DNA of 11,676 nt from Candidatus Vampirococcus lugosii (GTDB lineage: Bacteria > Patescibacteriota > Gracilibacteria > Absconditabacterales > Absconditicoccaceae). The DNA is taken from contig NZ_JAEDAM010000038.1 in the NCBI RefSeq assembly GCF_018420025.1, positions 1 through 11,676 on the forward strand. Reading direction: 5' to 3'. Below the pieces are notes generated by a model. The model saw only the letters and a program-made list of their open reading frames with translations, did no database searches and had not been told where the DNA came from. Below, in pieces: positions 1 through 7,500 of this stretch. The translations under genes and the position numbers were made by a program. Every line of letters begins with the position of its first letter. Position 1 is the stretch's first letter.

Positions 1-127
1 TGGAAATCATAGCTAAAGTACAAATTAATTTTAAATAATTCTTATATTATGCTTTTATAATTAAAACATAAAAAAGGTTAATTTTTTTCTATAAATTAAT
101 ATAAGTAAGTTACCACTTAAGCAAAGT

Positions 128-136
128 AAAGAGGTG
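128..136 (+). promoter_or_regulatory. Shine-Dalgarno-like ribosome binding site (AAAGAGGTG) for the 141..347 ORF
   Basis: AAAGAGGTG ends 4 nt before the ATG at 141. The other gene starts I checked in this window (441, 7501, 6220, 5084, 2133, 1358, 7221) have no comparable purine-rich SD, so this one stands out. Confidence 0.5.
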
Positions 137-140
137 TAAC

Positions 141-347
141 ATGTCAAAAAACGATGCTCCCAATAGCTTCCATGGAAGGGAAGTTATCGAATCCAGAACT
201 GGCAATGCAAAAACAATTGTCAGCAATACTGACCGAACCAGGGATCCTGGTAAAGGTTCCACCGACAAGGTACACCAAACCGACAAGGGTCACACTACTG
301 TGCATCCAGATGGTAAGGTCAATTCCCACGGAAACCACGGAAAGTAG
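141..347 (+). CDS. Small hydrophilic hypothetical protein (68 aa, His/Gly/Lys/Thr/Asp-rich); family not recognised
   Basis: ATG at 141 follows an SD, TAG stop at 345-347, and a strong hairpin terminator lies directly downstream. There is no in-frame TGA; all 8 glycines are GGN codons. The region is much more GC-rich than the rest of the window. It has an internal near-repeat, accgacaaggtacac (261-275) and accgacaagggtcac (279-293), giving TDKVH / TDKGH. Two other standard-code ORFs overlap it (154..366 +, 144..338 -), as expected for any GC-rich patch, so coding status is not certain. Confidence 0.45.
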   Translation: MSKNDAPNSFHGREVIESRTGNAKTIVSNTDRTRDPGKGSTDKVHQTDKGHTTVHPDGKVNSHGNHGK

Positions 348-365
348 TATTTCTACATTCCTATA

Positions 366-404
366 GTGTCTCTAGTTCTACTTGAATTAGAGACACATTT
401 TATT
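366..404 (+). terminator. Rho-independent terminator
   Basis: The left arm gtgtctctagttc (366-378) pairs with gaattagagacac (384-396) as a 13-bp stem with one G-U pair and a 5-nt loop (tactt). It is followed by ATTTTATTATTATTTT. Confidence 0.8.
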
Positions 405-440
405 ATTATTTTCAATAATTATTTATAATAAAGCAAAAAA

Positions 441-977
441 ATGAATACAAAAAATTATCAACTATGATACGAAGAAGCAAAAATCAAACTACCCAAAAGA
501 GACGATAGATTTTGAATTTCTATAATATTAAATAATGTATCTGACCCAATTAATGTTGGTTCATTTTTTCGTTTATCTGATAATGCATATTTAGAGAAAA
601 TATATTTATGCTGAAACACACCTACTCCAGAAAATAACAAAAAAGTTAAAATCACATGAAAATTTAGTAAAAAAACTACTCCATATACATACCATGAAAA
701 CATACATGATTTGTTGGATAATTTAGAAAATCAGTATGATATTTATATAGTAGAAATAACTAATCAAAGTATATCTTATTTTGAAAACAACTTCAAAAGC
801 AATAAAAAGATAGCTTTAATATTTGGTTCTGAATCAAGGTGAGTAGAACAAAGTCTATTAGATAGAAATTATAAATGTATTCATATACCAATATATTGAT
901 ATGATTATTCAATGAATGTTGCAAACTCTGCATCAATAATAGTTTATGAAATAATTAGACAAAATACTAGTAAATAA
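441..977 (+). CDS. SpoU/TrmH-family (SPOUT) RNA 2'-O-methyltransferase, 178 aa (table 25)
   Basis: The table-25 translation is MNTKNYQLGYEEAK...DPINVGSFFRLSD...IALIFGSESRGVEQSLL...CIHIPIYGYDYSMNVANSASIIVYEI...*. This carries the three SPOUT motifs: N-x-G-x-x-x-R, (I/L)xFGxExxG, and IPMxGxxxS(L/M)NVAxAAxIxxYE. Five in-frame TGAs fall at Gly-type positions (e.g. SESR-G-V, IY-G-Y). Length is 537 nt, a multiple of 3, with a TAA stop. Confidence 0.85.
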
Positions 978-1118
978 ATTTACAATATTTAATAAAATTA
1001 TAGCTAAATCATGGTGTGGAGTTTGAGGGGGCAATTAAATACATTTATTGTTTAAATAATTACAATATTCTATATAATCTTTCTTAATTTTCATAGTTTA
1101 TTTTTATCAAATTAAATT

Positions 1119-1358
1119 TTAATGGACTTTATCTTTTGGAGGACAAGGATCATTTCAAGGTGCAACTGTATCAGAATCGTTTATTTTTCAATTTTTTGAA
1201 TGAATTTTAACTTCTCATCATCAAGAATTTTCACACATTTTTTTGGCTAATTTTTCAGCTTCTTTTTTTGTGGAAATATTTATTTTACTATATTTTTTAG
1301 ATCATTCTTTTTTGATTTTGTATTTTCAAGTTTTTCAAGATAGGTGATAATTTGTCAT
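1119..1358 (-). CDS. DUF2188-like small protein, 79 aa (table 25)
   Basis: Translation is MTNYHLSGKTGKYKIKKEGSKKYSKINISTKKEAEKLAKKMCENSGGGEVKIHSKNGKINDSDTVAPGNDPCPPKDKVH*. It matches the DUF2188 pattern as I recall it: W/YxVkxeG...f.Tk.eAi..A..la...g.e..iH..dG.I...d....DP.PPkD. It contains three consecutive TGA codons (1215-1223) read as GGG. It starts 25 nt after the upstream HEPN gene stop. Confidence 0.7.
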
Positions 1359-1383
1359 TTTTAGTATTTTTTAGTTTATAAAA

Positions 1384-2133
1384 TTAATTTAAAGGAAATT
1401 TTTCTTTAACTTCTTTTATTAACTGATTAACAAATAAAAAAGTTTCAAGATATTCTCAGGTATCAATTTTTAAATCATCTGATTTATTATGAGCTAAAAT
1501 ATTTCTATAATTTTTAAAAGTTCAAAGTAATAATTTGTATAATCATTCTTTTTTAGACTTTCAATCTGTTGTAGTTAAATCAATTCAAGTTATTTTTAGT
1601 TTTGGATTTGTAAAAATAGCTTCAACTGCATCTCATTCTTTCTTTTCTCAAGATAATCAAATCTTATTATGGTAATCTTTAAGATAAATACTTAAATAAT
1701 TTAATATTTCTCTCAAATAAACTCAATAATCTTTTGTTTTTAGTCAATTAAAAAAGAACTTTTTAATATCATTATCAAGTGTTTTTCAAATTTCTTTATA
1801 AATTAAATCTCAAAAATTATTCTCTTTTACTACTTCATTTTTTACTTCTTTCTTGTCAACTCTAGGATCATTTTTTACATCGTCAGGAACTCATAATCTC
1901 ACTAATAAATCTTCATATTTATCTGAATGATTTCTTTCAAAGGAATTTAACAAACTATAAAAAAACTCAACATCATTTTTATTTTGATATTGTCCTAATA
2001 CTACATCAGTAAATCTTGTAGGATTTTCAAGTTTTAATTCATCAAAAAAACTTAATCTATCAGGCATAGTATAAAATCATGGGTATTGTCATGATAAATA
2101 CAAAGCTATCCAATGATTTTGAGTTTTATCCAT
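1384..2133 (-). CDS. HEPN-domain protein of the TIGR02391 / Hypoth_Ymh type, 249 aa (table 25)
   Basis: The C-terminal region reads ...GLSGEKKEGDAVEAIF...TDGKSKKEGLYKLLLGTFKNYRNILAHNKSDDLKIDTGEYLETFLFVNQLIKEV. It contains the HEPN Rx4-6H motif as R-N-I-L-A-H (1489-1506), in the context typical of the Ymh family (..eG...l..G....RNp.AH....i...ea......s.L). The N-terminal roughly 110 aa are not recognised. Length is 750 nt, a multiple of 3, with a TAA stop. Confidence 0.65.
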
Positions 2134-2200
2134 AATTTAAGAATTGGAAGTAAATTATTTCATGATATTATACTATTTTTTGGGATTTTTCGCAAAAAAG

Positions 2201-3983
2201 TTAAGAGTTTTTATTTATTCATAAAAAAATTTCTAATTTATCTGAAAACAAATCTTCAGTTATTTGAAAATTTTCTTTGTTTATATGTTTCCATATTTGA
2301 AAAGGGTTTTTATCATCTTTTTCATATCAAATAACCGTTTCAAGTTTTTTTATATTAAAATGAATATTATTTTCTCAAGATTCATTTATAAGATTCCAAT
2401 TATTTGTAATTATTGGTTTATTTTCTGCATTTTTATATTCATTTCATTTTTTCATATCTTCTAGTGTTTCATATTTTTTTAATTTTCAAACTAGCTCTTT
2501 ATCATCTAGATCTAAATCAGTTATTATAAAACAATCTATTTCAAACCATTTACATAATTTTATAAGCAATAAAGCTGTAGTTTTTCAATGATGTGGAATT
2601 ATTGAAATATTATGAAAATTTAAATATGTTTCAGCATATTTTTCTTTATTTTCAATATCTGAACTTTCTTCAATATTTCCTAAAACCTTTTTATTTATTA
2701 CATGATTATAAACCATTAAATCATTTGGTCATTCAACAAGTATAACTTTTTTACTAAACAATATTTTGTTTAAATTTGGTTCAATATTTTTAATAAAACT
2801 ATTATATTCATTTAATCCAATATTATCTGGCTCTTGAATTTTATTATATTTTTTAATAGTTCATTTTGCTTCATCATGTTCAAGTCTTATTATTCATTTG
2901 GTATCAAACATATCAATCATTTTATCAGAATGAGTTGTATATATTACTTGATGTCATTTTTCAGTTAATCAACAAAGAACCATTTTATAAAAATATTCTT
3001 GATGATTTTCATGTAAAAAGCTTTCAGGCTCTTCAAATAAAAATAAACATTTATCATCTTCTTCTGTTTCAGCTATTGCTTGAATTACTGCCATTACAAA
3101 CATTGAAATATAACCATCTCAAAAATGATCTATTGGAATTAAATTTTTATCATTTCAATTAAGTCATATTTTAAACATCATTTGCAGAAAAATATCTTCA
3201 TAATCCGGTAATCAAAAATCTATTTTACAAGCTGTATTTCTAAGATTATTTTTATAATTATTTTGAATTTTTTCTATAAAATTTTGTAATTTAGTTTTAT
3301 TGTTTTCTTTTTTATCTTCTTCTCAATTTAAAACTTTTTTAGTAGCATTAGATATTTCATCTTTAAAATTATCTTTTCTTTCTTTCATTGATTCATCAGT
3401 TTTAACAAGTTTATCAATATGTTTTCCTAAAAATGATTTTAGATTTCCCCAACTTGTTTTTTGAGTAGATATTTCATTTTTTATATTATGAAAATTTATA
3501 TAATAAATAGGTGCTTTTTGTTTTATTGACCATTTTTTACCATAACTTGAACTTTCTCAATAACAATTACAAGTGTCACTTACAGATTTTATTGAATCAT
3601 TTTCAATATTAATTTTTATTGTATTTTTATAAAATTTATTATCTTCTATTTTATTATCTCATAATCAACAAGTTGCAAATTCTAATTCAAAAAAAGGTAG
3701 ATTATTCCAATCTTGGTTATGAAAATCTTTTATATCAAAAGTATCTTCTCTAACTGATTCATATAATCAATATTTTATAGCATTTAGTAAATTTGTTTTT
3801 CAAGCATTATTATATCAAATAATAGCAACTGGTTTTTTTATAAGTTTTATCTGGAAATTCAAAAATTTCTGCTTCATTATTATCTTCATTTTCATACAAA
3901 GGAAAATCAAAGTCTTCTTGTCTTATTCAAAAAGACCTATAATTTTTTACTTTAATATTTTTGATTCTTATTTTAACTGGCAT
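2201..3983 (-). CDS. OLD-family nuclease (N-terminal ABC/AAA_15-type ATPase plus C-terminal TOPRIM), roughly 590 aa; reading frame broken by 1 nt in a homopolymer at 3833-3839 (longest intact ORF 2201..3895)
   Basis: Frame A from the ATG at 3983 gives MPVKIRIKNIKVKNYRSFGIRQEDFDFP...FPDKTYKK, the typical IKN(F/Y)RSF N-terminal strand. The body, in the adjacent frame, gives PVAIIGYNNAGKTNLLNAIKYGL, with the Walker A GxxxxGKT at 3794-3817 and both Gly encoded by TGA. It continues HFGDGYISMFVMAVIQAIA (signature-like), CLFLFEEPESFLH (Walker B/D-loop), KVILVEGPNDL (TOPRIM E-G, 2729-2734) and IIPHHGKTTALL...CFIITDLDLDD (TOPRIM DxD). I verified the body line by line as open from 3841 to the TAA at 2201-2203. 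Confidence 0.85.
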
Positions 3984-4008
3984 AAAAAAACCTTATTAAA
4001 CTTTAAAA

Positions 4009-4197
4009 CTATAAATACCTCATCAAAAACCCCTCCTTCAACTCCTTCGCACCTTCAACAATTTTTCTATTTTCCTCAATTTTTTTCTCAATTTCTTCAA
4101 TTTGTGAAACAATTTCTTTTTGCTTTTCCAAAGAAGTAAGTGGGATTTGTAAAGTTTTTAAATATCTTTTAATTCTTTTTCTATATCTAACCAAGAT
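4009..4197 (-). pseudogene. Remnant of the C-terminus of an HsdS-like specificity subunit or domain (about 60 aa, no proper start)
   Basis: The stop-to-stop frame reads I(L)VRYRKRIKRYLKTLQIPLTSLEKQKEIVSQIEEIEKKIEENRKIVEGAKELKEGFLMRYL*. This is the classic TRD-to-conserved-helix junction of HsdS (IP(L/P)PxLxEQxxIVxxLxxxxxxI...L...kqglLq.l). It is bounded upstream by TAA at 4198-4200, has only a TTG as a possible start, and overlaps the 3' end of the endonuclease gene by 40 nt in another frame. Confidence 0.55.
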
Positions 4198-5084
4198 TTA
4201 GTAGTTAAAGGATGTTTTTGTTTGATTTCTTGTATTTTTTGTTTTATACTTTCATTATGATAATTTAATTCTTCCTCTAATTTCTCTATTCTCATCTTTT
4301 GTTTTATTATCCTTTTGTATAATTGATTATTTTTATCTTCTGCTATTTTTAGTAGTGATAATTTTTTAATAAATTCATCATTAAATATATCTTCATCAAG
4401 ATATTCATTAAAATTTTCATTTATTAAGTTTTTTATTTCATTTTTAGGAACTGGAAAATCATAACAAAGTTGTCATTCCATTCTTTGATTTACAAAAGGT
4501 CTATTTGATTTAAAAAAATTCAATCATTTTAAGTCATAAGATCAAGTTAAAAGGTCTATCATTAATATTAAGGTTATTTTTCAATTATATGCACAAGATT
4601 TTGAAAGTTGATCAATATTTCATTTTTTTATTGAAAAAATTCATTTTGAAGCAGATTTTAATTCTAATAAAAACTCTTTTCAATTATTTAATTTAATTAT
4701 ATAATCAGGTTGTGTAGTTTTACTTCAATATATTTCAATTTGATTTTTATCGTTTATAAAAAAATCGTGTTTACTATCATCACCAAATCATTCTATCAAA
4801 TTAATACTTAAATTTTTAGATAATAAATAAAAAAGTAAATCCTCCAAAAACCAACCATAAAGCATATTTCTTCAATATGTTATTGGGGATCTTCACATTG
4901 CTCATCATTTAAATTTATAACCTTTATTTATATATTCTTGTAATAACTTATATTTATCATAGTTTTCTTTCTCTATTTTTTCAAATTTATTTTTTCATAT
5001 TAAATCAGAAAATATTGTTTGATATCTAGATGAAATTTCAACAAACTCCATTTCGTCCAATCTTTTTTCTTCAAAGTTAAACAT
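4158..5084 (-). CDS. Putative type II restriction endonuclease (PD-(D/E)xK-like core plus C-terminal coiled coil), 308 aa (table 25)
   Basis: It lies 26 nt downstream of the C5-MTase on the same strand. The translation contains ...YGWFLEDLLFY...GFGDDSKHDFF...TTQPDYIIKLNNGKEFLLELKSASKG..., a PD-x15-E-L-K arrangement at 4656-4709. The last roughly 90 aa are Lys/Glu-rich heptad-like sequence (KIAEDKNNQLYKRIIKQKMRIEKLEEELNYHNESIKQKIQEIKQK). No specific REase family was recognised. I verified it line by line as open, 927 nt, with a TAA stop. Confidence 0.55.
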
Positions 5085-5110
5085 AATTAAATATTGTTAA
5101 ATTAGTTAAA

Positions 5111-6220
5111 TTAAGCTACTGTAAATAATTCCCTTTCTTTAAATTTGTTTTCTTTAAATCATTTAATATGATTTTTATAATTTGGCATTGTTCAAAGTAA
5201 AGAAGAAATTAATTTAGGAGGAACTCATTCTCATATTACTTGTCTAATTAAATTTTCACTTGCCCAATTTGGAAAAGATATATTATCAGGCAATCAAGTA
5301 AGAATAAAAATTTCTTTTAAACTTAAAACTCTAGCATCTGAATATGTTCAATCACTTTTTTTTCTTCAAGGATGAACATTATTTTGACTAGATACTCATC
5401 AATTACACATTGTAATAGTAGGAGCAGGTTTATCCCAATTAATTCTTTTATAAGTTGTTCTATATCATTTTATAGTTTCTCAATTTTCTTTTTGAGGATA
5501 ATATATTTTATTATCAAATGCAGTTTTTCAAGTTGGAGTATGTCTCATCCATAATATATGTTTATCATTATGTTTTTTAGCAAAATGATAAGGTATATGT
5601 GATTTTTCTCAACTTTCCAAACTTGGCAAATATCATATCGCCTCTTGAACTGTTATTTGTTTTTGTTTTTTCGGAAAATCCCATAATGGGATAGGTTTTT
5701 TTGTTAATATCGCAATAGCTCTTTTTCTTATTTGAGCTGTTCAATAATCTCAAGCATCTAATATTGATTTATTGATATTATATATTTTTGATAATTCCTT
5801 ATCTAAATAATCTGAAATTATAATTTCTTTTCAATCTATAATCAATTTTGTTTTAAAAAAAGATGGAACATTTTCTAATATAACATAATCAGGTTTTAAA
5901 TCTTTAATAAAATTTACTGCTTTAACTACAAGATTATTTCTTGGATCATCTTGTTGCCTTTTTCAAGCAAAAGACATTCATTGACAAGGAGGTGTTGCAA
6001 TTAAAAACTTACACTTTTTATCAATAGCACTTTTCAAAACTTTATTATAAATATTTTCATCTGTAATATCTCAACAAATCATATTAGAATTAGGATAAAA
6101 TCGTGAATATAAATCAGCTCTTTTAGGTATTAACTCATTAGCAACTTTTATATCAATTCAAAAATTATTTAAATAAAAATCTGATATTCAAACATTAGAA
6201 AACAAAGATACTCAATTCAT
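5111..6220 (-). CDS. DNA (cytosine-5)-methyltransferase, 369 aa (table 25)
   Basis: Canonical C5-MTase motifs appear in order: I VSLFSNVGISDF (degenerate FxGxG), IV ATPPCQGMSFAGKR (catalytic Cys; PPCQG at 5978-5992), VI YVILENVPSF (5867-5875), VIII GTAQIRKRAI, a TRD with TYKRINWDKPAPTIT, IX ARVLSLKEIFILTGLPD, and X RQVIGEGVPPKL. I count 23 in-frame TGAs and no GGN codon at all in this gene. I verified it line by line, 1110 nt, with a TAA stop. Confidence 0.93.
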
Positions 6221-6231
6221 TTTAAATAAAA

Positions 6232-7221
6232 TTAAATTATAAAATATAACACATCTTCTCAAAGAAATTTTTTCATTCAAACACTATAAAGTTTTTGCAG
6301 TCTATCTTGCAAAGAAAAAGGATCATCATAAGCCTTTCACTTCCAATAAAAACTTAAATCTTTTGAGTTATCTTTTTCATCAACTACCTTGCACAAAAAT
6401 AAATTTACAAGTTTATCAAAAGCATTTTCTCTTCAACTTACATTATGTTGTCTTAAAATCGTTGCAAATTCATGGTATTTTCAAGCAATATCTTTTGAGG
6501 AAACAGTTTTTAAGTCGTCAGTCGAAAATTTATTTTTTCAAATATCATAAGCTCTAGCATTTTCAAAAAGTCAAAGTCTAGCATATTCCTGGTCATAAGT
6601 ATCAACCCAAACTTTATAAATTTCTTCTACACTTGTTGCATCTCTGAAAGATTTTAATTTTGAATTATTTTTTAGTAAATCTTCATTGTCTTTCAAAGAT
6701 ATAAGATAATATTCTGGTCTTACTTCATTATCTACAAAATCACTTGCATAAAGAGCTATAAACTCTGTTGATTTTGCTTGTTGAGCATAAGAAAATATTT
6801 GAGTTGGTTTAGTTTGAGCTTGTTTCCAAGCATTATTAAATTCTCACACGGCAGTTTTACATTCAATAATTAAATAAGAATTTCATAAGTTGTTTTTTAC
6901 CAAAACATCAGCCTTTCATCAACTTGCACCGTGTCATACTTGCCATTTTGGTTCAAGTTCAATATGTTTTGGATTATATCATTGTTCAAGTAATCTATTT
7001 ACACATTCAAAAACTACAAAATTTTCTGGAGCTTTAAAATTACTTATAGTTCTATCATTTATTTTTAATCAAGAATTTTCTGGATAAACAAGTTTTTCAT
7101 TTTGAAAATCTACTTCTAAATTACAATCAAAGTTTTCAAATTTTTTAGAAAAATAATTTTCTTTAATTTCTTGAAAGTTTAGTTTTTTTAAAACCTCTTT
7201 AAGATTTTGTTTTGTTATCAT
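6232..7221 (-). CDS. Truncated RM protein: HSDR_N-type PD-(D/E)xK-like N-terminal domain plus HsdM-type N-terminal helical domain, with no methyltransferase catalytic domain, 329 aa (table 25)
   Basis: The translation has ...ELEPKWQVGHGASGGKADVLVKNNLGNSYLIIECKTAVGEF..IFSYAQQ, the HSDR_N-like D-x14-E-C-K at 6856-6909. It then has ...YHEFATILRQHNVSGRENAFDKLVNLFLCKVVDEKDNSKDLSFYWKGKAYDDPFSLQDRLQKLYSVGMKKFLGEDVLYFII*. That pattern precedes the AdoMet-binding domain in N6-adenine RM methylases. The ORF stops (TAA 6232-6234) before any FxGxG or NPPY/F catalytic motif, 11 nt upstream of the C5-MTase start. Confidence 0.7.
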
Positions 7222-7500
7222 TAATTAATTTTTTTTATATAAAAACACTTATAATACTAGCTTTTTTGGACAAAAAATCAAATATAATAAAATTAACAAG
7301 ATAATTATTTTTTATTTTTTCACAAATCATTAGTTTATTTTCAAATTAAAAAATTATACTTTATAATAATTAGTTTCTCATTTTTTTCAATCAAAAAACT
7401 ATAATTTATATTTTACTAAATTAACAAATTTTAAATTGACTTTTTAAATAAAAAAAATAAATAATAACTATATTTTTATTTAATTAAATTATAAAAAATT
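7222..7500. promoter_or_regulatory. Divergent AT-rich intergenic region, presumed to carry promoters for the minus-strand defence operon and the plus-strand surface-protein gene
   Basis: This 279-bp non-coding spacer lies between divergently oriented starts at 7221 (-) and 7501 (+). TATAAT-like and TTGAC-like strings are present, but such strings are expected by chance at this composition, so no individual box is called. Confidence 0.3.

Noticed and set aside
1-38. Possible 3' end of an upstream plus-strand gene (frame 3: EIIAKVQINFK then TAA at 36-38)
   Set aside because: Only 11 codons are visible. That cannot be distinguished from chance in this composition, so it was not reported as a feature.
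141-366. tRNA, SRP RNA, tmRNA or 6S RNA hidden in the GC-rich islet
   Set aside because: I could not find a cloverleaf, a GGAAGCAGC-type SRP domain IV motif or a tmRNA-like CCA-ending acceptor. The SD/ATG/stop/terminator layout fits a small CDS better. The ncRNA alternative is kept as a caveat in the findings rather than called.
458-703. Standard-code ORF 458..703 (-), 81 aa
   Set aside because: It is antisense to the well-supported SpoU/TrmH gene (441..977 +). The product is hydrophobic low-complexity sequence with no motifs, a typical shadow ORF.
1011-1031. G-rich patch (atggtgtggagtttgaggggg) in the convergent intergenic region 978-1118, considered as part of a terminator or small RNA
   Set aside because: There is no complementary C-rich arm nearby and no convincing hairpin. 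The only palindrome nearby is a weak 5-bp all-AT stem. The 14-codon ORF starting at 1011 is too short to support.
2167-2172. TATAAT box (minus strand) about 34 nt upstream of the HEPN gene start, as an internal promoter
   Set aside because: TATAAT-like hexamers occur by chance very often at this AT content, no matching -35 was found, and it cannot be supported from sequence alone.
2113-3162. Standard-code plus-strand ORFs 2113..2334, 2264..2464 and 2866..3162
   Set aside because: All lie antisense to the OLD-family and HEPN genes. They are Phe/Ile/Leu/Lys-rich with no motifs, and are artefacts of AT-rich antisense frames.
4198-6231. Mobile-element boundaries (inverted or direct repeats, integrase or transposase) around the inserted MTase/REase pair
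   Set aside because: No transposase- or integrase-like ORF appears in any frame under table 25. I found no convincing terminal repeats at about 4198 or 6231, and short AT-rich matches are expected by chance.
3918-7087. Standard-code plus-strand ORFs 3918..4139, 5372..5554, 6363..6557 and 6890..7087
   Set aside because: They are antisense to or overlap the minus-strand RM genes, whose table-25 translations carry canonical family motifs. They have alternative (TTG) starts and no recognisable domains.
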